From positions 1 through 49,006 of the forward strand of contig JAADFQ010000129.1 in NCBI GenBank assembly GCA_013152835.1: 49,006 nucleotides of DNA, in the 5' to 3' direction. The position numbers were made by a program, and so were the translations under genes. Of the stretch, positions 1 through 9,931 are shown piece by piece (positions within the stretch are counted from its first letter, which is position 1; each line of letters opens with the position of its first letter). Source of the DNA: FCB group bacterium (GTDB lineage: Bacteria > Fidelibacterota > Marinisomatia > Marinisomatales > J089). The notes beneath the pieces are model-generated. The model worked only from the letters and a program-made list of their open reading frames with translations, did not search any database and was not told the origin of the DNA.

Positions 1-1
1 C

Positions 2-844
2 CAGTTTACTGGCGCCAATCCCCTCCAGGTTTTTCCAGCGGGTAAACGAGAGACCGACTCCCAGCGTTGTAATAACGATTACCCGCCAGGTTGAGTGGGA
101 AATAATCGCACCCAGGGGTGGCAGCCATTCACCGAGGCGATAGGCAAAAAATGAACCGGCCGCCGCCACGGCCAGTAGAATCATCCAATCCGTAGTCTCA
201 GGAACGCGCGAGGTTGACCGTTGAAACGATTCTACCTTTTTTTGCAAGGATTCAATGGCAGTTGTATCAGCTCCGGTGCGTTCGTCAAACGATTTGGAAC
301 GGGCTGCCATAAACAACAATATACCGGTCCAGGTATAGGCCACGACAACATCCACCACCACGATCATACCCAACATGGCATCGGTGGCTCCCACCGATTT
401 ACCAATAGCGATAAAATTAGCTCCGCCACCGATCCATGATCCGGAAAGGGCAGCCATTCCTTTCCAAATATCGGCTGGTAAATGAGACTGAAAAAGCCAC
501 AGGGATAGCGGACCTCCGATCACAACACCAAGCGTACCGGAAAGGAACATGATTCCGGCTTTTGGTCCCAACCGCAGGATTCCTTTGATATCGACGGCCA
601 ACGTCAACAAAAGCAAACTGGCAGGTAAAATATACGTCTTGATCGCCGAATAGACAGGAGCGGATCGGGGAATAATGTTGAAATGAGATAATAGTGTGGG
701 AATAAAATAGGCGAATACCAGCGGTGGAATCACATTAAAAATACGGTGAATAAAAGGTATCCGGTTTCCGGCGAAAATAAACGCCGGCACTACCAGTAAA
801 ACGGCAATCAGCCCAAAAGAATCAGTGATCAGGCTGGGTGTCAT
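2..844 (-). CDS. DUF819 family membrane protein (3' end outside window)
   Basis: Not in the ORF track. Manual translation from ATG at 844 gives MTPSLITDSFGLIAVLLVVPAFIF...IPPLVFAYFIPTLLS...ILPASLLLLTLAVDIKGILRLGPKAGIMFLSGTLGVVIGGP...SGSWIGGGANFIA, typical of DUF819. It overlaps the end of the upstream CBS gene. Confidence 0.85.
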   Translation of the reverse strand, partial: MTPSLITDSFGLIAVLLVVPAFIFAGNRIPFIHRIFNVIPPLVFAYFIPTLLSHFNIIPRSAPVYSAIKTYILPASLLLLTLAVDIKGILRLGPKAGIMFLSGTLGVVIGGPLSLWLFQSHLPADIWKGMAALSGSWIGGGANFIAIGKSVGATDAMLGMIVVVDVVVAYTWTGILLFMAARSKSFDERTGADTTAIESLQKKVESFQRSTSRVPETTDWMILLAVAAAGSFFAYRLGEWLPPLGAIISHSTWRVIVITTLGVGLSFTRWKNLEGIGASKL

Positions 845-1898
845 CCGAAGCTGTTCTGGGTTTTATCTGTCGGGAGTGCAGTCGGGATTTATATTTTTCC
901 CGCGCCAGTTTTCGAAGATCAACAACTGAGTCATGTTCATCCACAATTTCTACACCCAGGAGGGTTTCAATCGCATCCTCCAACGTAATCAGGCCGGTGG
1001 TGGTCCCGAATTCATCAGCAACGATAAATATCTGCTGCCGTTGGCGTACAAATTCATCCAGAATATCCGCCACGGATTTTTCTTGCTGGACCGTGATTAT
1101 TGGCTCCATCAGTTCTTCAATGCGAACGTCGAAACGATCCTCGGCCTGGGCATTGACTAAATCATAACGATGGATAAACCCAACCACATTGTCCATATCC
1201 TTTTCATAAACGGGAATCCGGGAATAGGCGATTGGTGAATGGCGTTCGATCACCTCACCTACGGTCGTATCTTTTGCTACGGCAAATATCACCGATCGCG
1301 GTGTCATCACTTCTTCCGCTACCACATTCCGCAGGTTAAACAGGTTTTCGATGATTTCACTTTCTTTCTCTTCGATGGTCCCTTCGGTTTCACCAATTTC
1401 GGCCATGGCGATGACCTCTTCCCGGGAGACGGACAAGCGATGTTTATCATCCTTAAACAACCCGGAAAACCGCACCGAAAGCCAGACAAAGGGATACGTA
1501 AGAATAATGAGAAACTCAATGATGTACGCCGAAGGAAGCGCCAATCGTTTCCAATAGACAGCGCCAATGGTTTTAGGGATAATTTCTGCAATTACCAAAA
1601 TTGAAAGGGTCAAAATCGCAGAAGCAATTGCCAGATAATCGCTTCCATAGATTTCCAGAGTTTTGGCACCGACACCGGCAGCACCCACCACATTGGCAAT
1701 TGTATTTAAAGACAGAATGGCCGCCAGCGGGCGATTGATCTCCGATTTAAGCGCATCCAGTTTAGCGCCTGCTTTGGGATTTGTTTTATGTACTACCGAG
1801 ATGTAGCTGGGAGTAATCGTCAACAGGACGGATTCCAGGAGTGAGCAAAGGAATGATACTCCGAGAGCCAGGAAAAAATAGAATGCCAGGTAATTCAT
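822..1898 (-). CDS. CNNM/DUF21 + CBS-domain protein (CorC/HlyC-like Mg2+/Co2+ transport family)
   Basis: SFLCSLLESVLL, AILSLNTIANVVGA, EIIPKT, VMTPRS, YSRIPVY, VADEFG..GLITLED motifs. Confidence 0.92.
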   Translation of the reverse strand: MNYLAFYFFLALGVSFLCSLLESVLLTITPSYISVVHKTNPKAGAKLDALKSEINRPLAAILSLNTIANVVGAAGVGAKTLEIYGSDYLAIASAILTLSILVIAEIIPKTIGAVYWKRLALPSAYIIEFLIILTYPFVWLSVRFSGLFKDDKHRLSVSREEVIAMAEIGETEGTIEEKESEIIENLFNLRNVVAEEVMTPRSVIFAVAKDTTVGEVIERHSPIAYSRIPVYEKDMDNVVGFIHRYDLVNAQAEDRFDVRIEELMEPIITVQQEKSVADILDEFVRQRQQIFIVADEFGTTTGLITLEDAIETLLGVEIVDEHDSVVDLRKLAREKYKSRLHSRQIKPRTASDDTQPDH

Positions 1899-1948
1899 CG
1901 GCTGAATTTACAGAGGAAATTAGGAGTGTTTTCCAGAGAAAACGGGAA

Positions 1949-2662
1949 TCATGAGGCCGGAGCAGATTGATGTTTCTTTCGCCAGCGGGAAATTCCAAAG
2001 GGAGCATAAACAATCATAAAATGCAACAGCGCGGCAAATTCAAGGACGATCAGGTGATAAGGGAATTGACCGACAATGAACGGATTATCTACGATCGGAG
2101 GTTTGCAGATGTACATATAATTTGCATCCAGGAGCCAGTTAATGCTGCCGATCACCGGTAAGACCAACTGTGTCCAGGCAAACATTTTCAACCAGGACCA
2201 TTCCGCCGGTCTCCGTTTTAAGATCAGTGTCGCCCACAACGCCGCGAGGATAATTCCTCCATGCGAGATATAATATTCATAAAAGAAAATACCCTGTGTT
2301 CCCAGTGTGAATTCCGGTGTCATCAATGAATGAAATGCACCTGGGATTCCCCAGTAGAAGACAATATAATAAATCCACATTGGTTTATAAAGCAGGGCAA
2401 AACCCGATAACCAGGCCGATATTCCGCACATCTGTAAGGGAAGGCTGGATTGAACGGTCCATTTCCCTACCCACATTTCATAGGGTTGCATGCCTACAGC
2501 CACGAAGATAAGAAAGATTCCAATGACACGGGTCATTTTCTCCACGGTTTTAGGAGGCAGTTTTTTCCCCAGATAAAGCAGGATGAATACTCCTAATCCA
2601 GTAGTCAAAATCGCTTTCCACCATAAAGGCCCGAATAACGGGATAATTTCATGTTCAATCAT
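1949..2662 (-). CDS. YwaF/TIGR02206 (TMEM164-like) integral membrane protein
   Basis: LPLQMC, WGIPGA, YYISHG, NWLLDANYMYI motifs. Start moved to MIEHEII (2662), giving an ATGA overlap with the upstream gene. Confidence 0.85.
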   Translation of the reverse strand: MIEHEIIPLFGPLWWKAILTTGLGVFILLYLGKKLPPKTVEKMTRVIGIFLIFVAVGMQPYEMWVGKWTVQSSLPLQMCGISAWLSGFALLYKPMWIYYIVFYWGIPGAFHSLMTPEFTLGTQGIFFYEYYISHGGIILAALWATLILKRRPAEWSWLKMFAWTQLVLPVIGSINWLLDANYMYICKPPIVDNPFIVGQFPYHLIVLEFAALLHFMIVYAPFGISRWRKKHQSAPAS

Positions 2663-4728
2663 GTTGCACCTTTCATTATAGTTTGAATCGCAACCCGTGC
2701 CTGACGCCATTCCGGAGCGGATTCATCAACATTTCTCCAGATCTTTTCCAGATTTCGATAGGCACGCCGGGCATTTTCCAAATCCCCCATATCACTATAT
2801 ATCATCGTTTGTAAATAAAAACTCCGAGGATAGTTGAATTCGTAATTGGCCGGATCGAAACTAAGACTCTGCATTTGGTTCGTCAAGGTAAGCGCATCTC
2901 CGGGCCGGCCGTTTTTCCAATATGCAATGGCCAGTAAATATCGCCCGAATGGCCCCGGAAATATATTTTTTATCAGCGATTCACCAATGGGAATTACATC
3001 GGCATAATTCTCATGCATCATAGCATTCAGACACTCCATATATTCCGAGAAGCGAATACGGTCATCAGGTTTTTCCGTAATTGAACTGGATTTCATTTCC
3101 TTCTGTACGGATACCCAACTTTCGCGATCCCCGTTCAAATAGGCCAGAAATCCTTGGATAATCATTTTCTGATACCATAACTGGCGCGAGGTTGTATCAA
3201 TCCCACTCTGGTTAATCCATTCCTTGCTGATCGCCATTTGACCACCCAGACCGGCTAGATAGGCCGCTTCCATAGAAATAACCTGTTCCCAGACAGAATC
3301 CGGTTTTCCACGATACGTCAGGATATCCCTGGCGCCTGCCAGATAAGTCCCCCGAATAATATAGGATGATGCCATAAGTTCAAGACAACGCATTCGGTCT
3401 CCCCGTCCGATAGATTGCTCCATAAGCGTATGACAGATATCCACGGTTTGATTGTAATCTCCGGCAAAGTAATGTGTTTCGGCCAACTGTAATTTCAATC
3501 GACGACTCTCCCGATCCGAGTTCAACGCCCGATCCAACAGGTCCAATGCCTGATCAAAATCTCCGATCACGGTGAGAAATTGGGCCCGTCGTTCAACGCC
3601 CAGAGGATGGAGCGGATTTTTTTTCAGGATTTGGTCAGTGAATTCCAGACCGCGTTCATAAAACTTGCGAAGCATATAGATATCCAGGATATGTACATAG
3701 GCCAGTTCAAAGTCGGGATCCAGTTTCAACGTATGTTCCATCGCATCCAGGGCTCGTAATTCTTCACCGCCACCGTGAAAATAGGCCTCTCCCAGATTGT
3801 ACCAATATTCTTTCTCATCCGGTCGTAGATGCACCAAGTCCTGAAAAACATCCCGGGCTTCATTGAATTGCTTATGAACCAAGTGCTCCAGACCTTCCAC
3901 CATGAATTTTTCTTCGTTGGATAAGCTGACATTTCGTGATTGAATCTTTTCCAGCGTTTGGGCAGTTGCATCGGGACGAATATCGCCATGAGATTCCGCC
4001 CACCATTGGGCCATAACCTTCTTAAATAAGGCTTTTTTAAAATGGGGATCAAGGTCCAGGGCGGCGTCAAACGAATGAATCGCTTCAATATATTTTGCTG
4101 AATTCAACGCCTGAATACCAGCCAGATATTCGGAGTAGGCCGGAATGGATGTACTGGTTTTTTCCGCTACCGGAATGGATACGGGTTCTGAAACTGATTC
4201 CCGCGGTTCCAGATCCCGTCGGATGGATTCGGACAGGGCATCCACAAGCTTGAAAAGATCAGTTCCTTCCACTTTATGGGAGTTGATGACCACCCCATCA
4301 ACCGATCTGAGAAGTTTGGAGGTAATAATGGTTTTTGATCCCATCTTAATAATACGACCGGTTAACAATGCACTGGCTTCGGCTGATCGGGCGATATCCA
4401 GAACCGGATTCCGCAAAGAAGCGTTGGTTTGTGTGTTCAACAGGGATTTTTGAACATCCAGCAGTCGTTCCCAGGATAAAATTCGGTAATCACGAAGACC
4501 GGTCAGGTCGGTAATGATCAAATCCTGGAGGATTGCTCCCAGACTTGACTGGCTTGAATCGGGGACCAGGCTTTCAAAAGGAAATACCGCCAGGACGGGT
4601 AATCCCGGAAGATCCGACAGGGATTCGGGAGTTTTCAATTTGGGAATTATATAGAGTAAACCCAGCGTAACAACCACGACGATGGGAAGAATTCTATTCG
4701 TGGACGACAATGAACGAAAACCGGACAT
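2659..4728 (-). CDS. Membrane-anchored TolB-like (FlgO-type) domain + TPR protein
   Basis: N-terminal TM helix; LAVFPFESL...LQDLIITDL...LLTGRI...TSTSIPAYSEYLAG; many TPR repeats (ALDLDPHF, LRPDEKEYWYNLGEAYFH, LKLDPDFELAY). Confidence 0.8.
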   Translation of the reverse strand: MSGFRSLSSTNRILPIVVVVTLGLLYIIPKLKTPESLSDLPGLPVLAVFPFESLVPDSSQSSLGAILQDLIITDLTGLRDYRILSWERLLDVQKSLLNTQTNASLRNPVLDIARSAEASALLTGRIIKMGSKTIITSKLLRSVDGVVINSHKVEGTDLFKLVDALSESIRRDLEPRESVSEPVSIPVAEKTSTSIPAYSEYLAGIQALNSAKYIEAIHSFDAALDLDPHFKKALFKKVMAQWWAESHGDIRPDATAQTLEKIQSRNVSLSNEEKFMVEGLEHLVHKQFNEARDVFQDLVHLRPDEKEYWYNLGEAYFHGGGEELRALDAMEHTLKLDPDFELAYVHILDIYMLRKFYERGLEFTDQILKKNPLHPLGVERRAQFLTVIGDFDQALDLLDRALNSDRESRRLKLQLAETHYFAGDYNQTVDICHTLMEQSIGRGDRMRCLELMASSYIIRGTYLAGARDILTYRGKPDSVWEQVISMEAAYLAGLGGQMAISKEWINQSGIDTTSRQLWYQKMIIQGFLAYLNGDRESWVSVQKEMKSSSITEKPDDRIRFSEYMECLNAMMHENYADVIPIGESLIKNIFPGPFGRYLLAIAYWKNGRPGDALTLTNQMQSLSFDPANYEFNYPRSFYLQTMIYSDMGDLENARRAYRNLEKIWRNVDESAPEWRQARVAIQTIMKGAT

Positions 4729-4770
4729 CGTTAATTTAATTTTCCGGGATCACTGCGAATATCATGTTTC

Positions 4771-4798
4771 GGAAACACCGAAAATATCCGGTGTTTCC
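4771..4798. promoter_or_regulatory. Perfect 10-bp inverted repeat in a divergent intergenic region
   Basis: GGAAACACCG-N8-CGGTGTTTCC; function inferred only. Confidence 0.35.
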
Positions 4799-5025
4799 TG
4801 TATCTGATCGCGTACGCTGTTTGGTTGAAAGACGCATTAGTAACTGTTTAGCCGTCAAGTGATTGTAGTATGGATAAAAAATTTAGGGTCAGTCTGGTTA
4901 TTTTACCATGATTACTTGAACCGATTCACGGATGGCCAAACGTGAACCGTCACCTGCCTGGCATGGGTACTCTTCGTTAACTTCAACGAAGGAATTCATT
5001 CAACAAATACAGGACTCTTCACCCT

Positions 5026-5844
5026 TTGGATCGACACCTGAAACGATTGTATTACGGTACTTTGCTGGCTATCACGGGATTGCTTTTCCTGGCGGCGATC
5101 ACAGGATATTATGTATTGAACCGCATCCATACCTTACCGGGTTGGTATGTCAATAATCCGGATGAGTTTATTCTACCCCTTGAACCGGCCTCTGCCAATA
5201 CTCCTGAGATTGCCATTCTTCACCCCAATATTTTCGACAGTACACTGAATAAGGTACGCAAAAACACTACGGACGAACCGCAAATAAAATCAGCCTCCCG
5301 TTCCCTAATTATAAATCCAAAAACAGCGACGAATAGAAAACCTCCGCTGCCGGGAAATGCATTGGAAACCGCCCGGCAATCACGATCGCATCAAAACAAT
5401 AAAAATCCTACCCAACTCCGGAAGCAATATATATCCGAAGCTGAATTGCCATTGATTCTGGTGAATACGCTGGAAGAAAACCTGAACCAGGATATCCGGC
5501 ACGGGATACGGGCCATCCGAGCCAAAATATCCGTCGACAAATTGCAAATTGAATCGATTCTGGACGTGGACTACTTCAATTCAATCCAACAATTACAGTC
5601 CGATCCAATTTGGAATTACATGAGGAAAATCGGCGGAGATGAACTTTATGTTATGGTGGAACTATACCCGAGTAAATACAAATATATCAATCAATTATCT
5701 CCAAAATCGAATCTCACAATAGGGGATGTCACGCTTTCCCTGTCACAGGTTGAAAGAATGACCGGTATTTCTGTCCGTCAAATGATAAAATCGTTGGATC
5801 TGCCTGTGATTCGGTTATCGTCCGGCGCTCTGGTTGCCGGTTAG
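5026..5844 (+). CDS. Hypothetical protein with single N-terminal TM helix
   Basis: 272-aa ORF, TTG start, hydrophobic segment TLLAITGLLFLAAITGYYVL; no family recognised. Confidence 0.6.
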   Translation: MDRHLKRLYYGTLLAITGLLFLAAITGYYVLNRIHTLPGWYVNNPDEFILPLEPASANTPEIAILHPNIFDSTLNKVRKNTTDEPQIKSASRSLIINPKTATNRKPPLPGNALETARQSRSHQNNKNPTQLRKQYISEAELPLILVNTLEENLNQDIRHGIRAIRAKISVDKLQIESILDVDYFNSIQQLQSDPIWNYMRKIGGDELYVMVELYPSKYKYINQLSPKSNLTIGDVTLSLSQVERMTGISVRQMIKSLDLPVIRLSSGALVAG

Positions 5845-5907
5845 GGATTTCGTTTACACCGTGATCTTCCGGAGACCTTTTTCTTCAAATTTGATTCAAC
5901 AAAGCTG

Positions 5908-7194
5908 ATGATTTTTCTGATCGTTGTTATTCTGGTCCTGGCTCTAATTCATGGATACGTGGGATTCCGGATCATTCCCTCATTCCAGCTTTCCACCACG
6001 GGAAATTTCTGGTTCTGGTGTTTGGTCGTATTGCTAACCTTTCTGCCTTTGATACCAGCCCTGCTCAGATATAAGGGATTTGAAAACTCCTGGATTGATA
6101 AGGTATCCTGGGCCGGATATTTCAGTCTCGGATTTTTCTCTCTGGCCTTTCTTCTGATTCTTGGTTTTGATCTTCTTTGGATATTTAAACTTGGCTTGGA
6201 ACGATTGGGCCTGGTAATTCCCGGCTTAACCAGACCTGATCATCTCTCGGAAACGGTTTTTAATCCCCAGCGAAGAATATTTATCAGGGATACAGTTACA
6301 TTTGGTTTATTAGGGTTATCGGCGGGGCTTTCCGTCTGGGGACTGTTTGAAGCGCGTCGGAGTGCCTCTATTTTTCGAATCTCTGTCCCAATCGAAAATC
6401 TGCCTCCCGGCTTGGAAGGGCTGCGGATTGTGCAATTATCAGACATCCATGTAGGTCCCACGATAAAACGGGACTATGTGCAGCGCATTGCTGACCAGGC
6501 CATGTCCTTGAACCCTGATATCCTGGTTATGACGGGTGACCTGGTGGATGGATCGGTAAAATATCTGCAGAATGACATTCAGCCGCTCAAACAACTCCAA
6601 GCCCCTATGGGAAAATATTTTGTAACCGGAAATCATGAGTACTACAGCGGTGTTTCCCATTGGATTCCCGAAGTGCAAGCGCTTGGATTCATACCGCTGA
6701 TTAATGAACACCGTATCGTGACTCGTGGAACAGCGTGCCTGACGATTGCCGGAATTACCGATTTTACCGCCCGGCAAATGGATCCGGAAAACAAGCCCAA
6801 TGTGAAGCAGGCCCTGGCCGGTTCTCCGAATAATTCGATAAAATTGTTATTGGCTCATCAACCGGGAAGTATTGATGAAGCGGCTCGGAATCATGTGGAT
6901 TTACAATTATCGGGACATACACACGGAGGCCAATTTATCCCTTTTAACTGGGTTGTAAAACAGGCTCATCCATACATCGCCGGTCTCTATACCCATCATG
7001 GGACGTGGATCTATGTAAATCGAGGTACCGGTTATTGGGGTCCGCCCTTACGGTTGGGGGTTCCTTCCGAAATCACCATATTGACGTTAATTAACGGAAC
7101 AAATGGAGCCCCACGCCTGCGTGCCAAAACGCACTATGGCGTGCAGGCACGGGAAAATCCCGTGGTACCTAGCAAAGCACAAGCACGCCCATAA
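5908..7194 (+). CDS. Membrane-anchored calcineurin-like metallophosphoesterase (YaeI/YkuE type)
   Basis: SDIH, TGDLVD, GNHEYY, LLAHQP, LSGHTHGGQ, GTGYWGPPLR, SEIT motifs. The last ~30 codons derive from the downstream hairpin element. Confidence 0.93.
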   Translation: MIFLIVVILVLALIHGYVGFRIIPSFQLSTTGNFWFWCLVVLLTFLPLIPALLRYKGFENSWIDKVSWAGYFSLGFFSLAFLLILGFDLLWIFKLGLERLGLVIPGLTRPDHLSETVFNPQRRIFIRDTVTFGLLGLSAGLSVWGLFEARRSASIFRISVPIENLPPGLEGLRIVQLSDIHVGPTIKRDYVQRIADQAMSLNPDILVMTGDLVDGSVKYLQNDIQPLKQLQAPMGKYFVTGNHEYYSGVSHWIPEVQALGFIPLINEHRIVTRGTACLTIAGITDFTARQMDPENKPNVKQALAGSPNNSIKLLLAHQPGSIDEAARNHVDLQLSGHTHGGQFIPFNWVVKQAHPYIAGLYTHHGTWIYVNRGTGYWGPPLRLGVPSEITILTLINGTNGAPRLRAKTHYGVQARENPVVPSKAQARP

Positions 7195-7260
7195 GGGCGA
7201 CATCCCGATCCCGGGATGATAGAAAAGGATTCATCCACGGCCATAGGCCGTGGTTTTCTC
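7105..7260. mobile_element. Short non-autonomous palindromic element (IS200/IS605-type end hairpins, PATE/REP-like) with nested 32-bp insert
   Basis: Five hairpins in ~155 bp. The two outer ones follow CCACGG-N7-CCGTGGT (the left one after removing 7116-7151). No transposase. Confidence 0.6.
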
Positions 7261-7318
7261 CATATCGGGATAAAACGGTGAATTGAATTCAGGTAATTTT
7301 AATTGAGTCGGAAACAGA

Positions 7319-7705
7319 TCAGGCCATTGCAGAACTGGCTATATAGTGATCCACTTTTTTTATTAATTCGAAGATTGGATAGGGTTTGGCGATATATTCG
7401 TTACAACCGGCGTTTAAACAATTACGCATATCCTGAATAAAAGCATGTGCGGTAACAGCAATCACCGGTAATGATTTCAGTTTCTTATCGTTACGAATAA
7501 AACGGGTGAGATCCAACCCGTCTTCTTTACCGTCCAGAGACAAGTCAAGCAATACTAAATCAAAATCATCTTTACTAAGCCAACGCTTTGCATCTGGTAC
7601 GGATACAGCAGATTCAATTCTATATTTCCTGCCAATCGTCTTTTCATAAAGTACCAGAGTATCCAAATCATCTTCCACAACAAGTATGTGGGGATGGTTA
7701 CGCAT
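7319..7705 (-). CDS. Single-domain response regulator (CheY/DivK-like receiver)
   Basis: LVVEDD, DLVLLDL (phosphoacceptor Asp), IAVTA, YIAKP; GGAGGG RBS upstream. Confidence 0.93.
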   Translation of the reverse strand: MRNHPHILVVEDDLDTLVLYEKTIGRKYRIESAVSVPDAKRWLSKDDFDLVLLDLSLDGKEDGLDLTRFIRNDKKLKSLPVIAVTAHAFIQDMRNCLNAGCNEYIAKPYPIFELIKKVDHYIASSAMA

Positions 7706-7846
7706 GTATTCCCTCCACGTTATCCATGCCGGAATTTAAGCGAATTTTTCGAAAATGATTGTGCTTTTTACGGATCATAATTCGATTATCGGATTACCAT
7801 ATTATATTGGGATTTTCACAGTCGGCGATTGTAAATATCTTACCGC

Positions 7847-8953
7847 TTATTGAATAAAAACCTGCCCCGACTTAAGAAACTGTTTCCCCGAGATTTGAAC
7901 AACCGCACCTTTTAACTCCAGTTCCAGCAGCTTTGAAAGAAGCTGAATAACATCTATTCCGGTTTCTTCCGCAAGAGCATCGATTTGAATTGGATCATGA
8001 CTTAATTTTTCGAGGATGAAGCGTTCTTCCCGATTTAAATCCAGTTCCAGGTTTTGCTGCATGGGTCGGACAGGCTTGTTCAGCTGTTTTTCTATATTCT
8101 CCAGAATATCATCTACTTTAGTAACGGGAACCGCTCCATTCCTGATAAGTCGGTTGCAACCCACACTTTGTTTATCCGTTATACGTCCCGGTACTGCAAA
8201 CACTTCGCGGTTCTGATCTACGGCATTCAGGGCAGTCAGAATGGCACCGCTCTTCGTCCCTGCTTCGATGATTATGGTCCCCAGTGACAACCCGCTGATG
8301 ATGCGATTCCGCCGGGGAAAATTCGTTGCATCAGGTTTTGTTCCCAATGGGTATTCGGAGATCATGGCACCCTGTTCCATGATTCCCTGAGCCAGTTTTT
8401 TATTCTCCGCCGGATAGATTCGATCCACGCCGGTTCCCAGAACAGCCAGAGTTCGCCCCCCTGCTGCTACGCAAGTATTGTGTGCCACCGTGTCAATCCC
8501 CCGAGCGAGACCACTGACAATGGTCAGGCCCAGGGAAGTTAAATCTTTCACTAACCCGGTTGTCACTTCCTTTCCATACCGTGTCATAGATCGTGTTCCC
8601 ACAACCGCAACACAGTCGCCCCTTGGGGGTACTCGGTTTCCACGCACATAAAGTAAAACTGGAGGATTATATATCTTTCGCAATAATAGAGGATATCCAT
8701 TATCATAAAAGGAAACTATTGTAGTATCCAGTTTCCGTGCGTTATCCAACTCTCTACGGCCATAATCGAACTTAGAGTATTCCTTGATGTGTCGGGCCAG
8801 TTTCATATCAATACCCGGAACCAGACATAACTGCTGAACAGATAAATTAAAAATAGTAGTCTCTAACGAATAGGCAGAGATTAAACTGCGAATGCGATGC
8901 GGCCCCAATCCGGGTACATTCAATAAATTAAGGAGTTGCTCCAGACTGTTCAT
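7847..8953 (-). CDS. dprA: DNA-processing protein DprA/Smf
   Basis: YPLLLRKIYNPP, VAVVGTR, IVSGLARGID, NFPRRNRIISGLS, EAGTKSGAILTA, C-terminal winged helix. Confidence 0.97.
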   Translation of the reverse strand: MNSLEQLLNLLNVPGLGPHRIRSLISAYSLETTIFNLSVQQLCLVPGIDMKLARHIKEYSKFDYGRRELDNARKLDTTIVSFYDNGYPLLLRKIYNPPVLLYVRGNRVPPRGDCVAVVGTRSMTRYGKEVTTGLVKDLTSLGLTIVSGLARGIDTVAHNTCVAAGGRTLAVLGTGVDRIYPAENKKLAQGIMEQGAMISEYPLGTKPDATNFPRRNRIISGLSLGTIIIEAGTKSGAILTALNAVDQNREVFAVPGRITDKQSVGCNRLIRNGAVPVTKVDDILENIEKQLNKPVRPMQQNLELDLNREERFILEKLSHDPIQIDALAEETGIDVIQLLSKLLELELKGAVVQISGKQFLKSGQVFIQ

Positions 8954-9905
8954 TCAAATAGGGAACTATGGATTTTATTAATGTATCCAATCCTTCTCCC
9001 GAATGGGATGAAATGGATAGATAACCTTCAACATCCCGGGAGTCATCGGGACCGATTAAATCGATTTTAGATCGTACCCAGATTTGTGGCTTTTTTAACA
9101 GATGGGGATTGAAAGCCTTCAATTCGTTTTGCAATAACCTGAGTGTTTCGTCCGGTTCCGGTGTCAGGCAATCTATCAGAAAAACCAATACCGATGTACG
9201 TTCAATGTGTCGCAGAAATTGGTGTCCCAAGCCTTTTCCCCGGGAAGCACCTTCAATCAGACCCGGAATATCCGCGCAGACGAAAGAAGCATACGGACCG
9301 TATTTTACGATCCCCAGATTGGGATTTAGAGTAGTAAACGGATAATTAGCAACTTTGGGACGCGCATTCGATAACGTACTGAGCAGCGTTGATTTTCCGC
9401 TATTGGGAAGACCGACCAATCCCACATCAGCCAGTAATTTCAATTCCAGACGAAAAGTGCCGGACTCGCCCGGTAAACCCGGCTGGGCATATCGCGGCGT
9501 CTGATGCGTGGAAGATTTAAAATGAACATTCCCCCGGCCCCCTTTTCCTCCTCGGCAGACCAGGAATTCCTGATCACCGGCGACCAGATCGGCGATTACC
9601 TGTTCTTTCTCCAGCGAATAGACCTGCGTGCCCGGAGGAACTTTGATCGTGATATCGTGTCCATCGGCGCCAAATTTCCGACTCCCCTGCCCATGACCGC
9701 CATTGCGAGCGCGATAAACTCTCCGGTATGGGATGTCCTGGAGTGTTCGCAAATGAGGATCAACTTTGAGATATATATGTCCTCCCCGCCCCCCGTCACC
9801 TCCATCCGGTCCTCCTTTCGGAATAAATTTCTCCCGGCGAAAGGAAACCGCACCCGGCCCCCCATTCCCGGCAATTAATTGAATTTCAGTGACATCTATA
9901 AACAT
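8928..9905 (-). CDS. obgE: GTPase ObgE/CgtA
   Basis: FRREKFIPKGGPDGGDGG, GLPNSGKST, YPFTTL, DIPGLIEGA. Confidence 0.98.
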   Translation of the reverse strand: MFIDVTEIQLIAGNGGPGAVSFRREKFIPKGGPDGGDGGRGGHIYLKVDPHLRTLQDIPYRRVYRARNGGHGQGSRKFGADGHDITIKVPPGTQVYSLEKEQVIADLVAGDQEFLVCRGGKGGRGNVHFKSSTHQTPRYAQPGLPGESGTFRLELKLLADVGLVGLPNSGKSTLLSTLSNARPKVANYPFTTLNPNLGIVKYGPYASFVCADIPGLIEGASRGKGLGHQFLRHIERTSVLVFLIDCLTPEPDETLRLLQNELKAFNPHLLKKPQIWVRSKIDLIGPDDSRDVEGYLSISSHSGEGLDTLIKSIVPYLNEQSGATP

Positions 9906-9931
9906 GGTAATGATCTGACTGTATAGAATTT

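Noticed and set aside
822-1898. Hemolysin/toxin
   Set aside because: The 'hemolysin' label of this family is historical; CNNM/CBS proteins are divalent-cation transport related
6260-6360. Internal twin-arginine-like segment (RRIFIR...) in the metallophosphoesterase
   Set aside because: Common feature of this membrane-anchored phosphoesterase family, not novel
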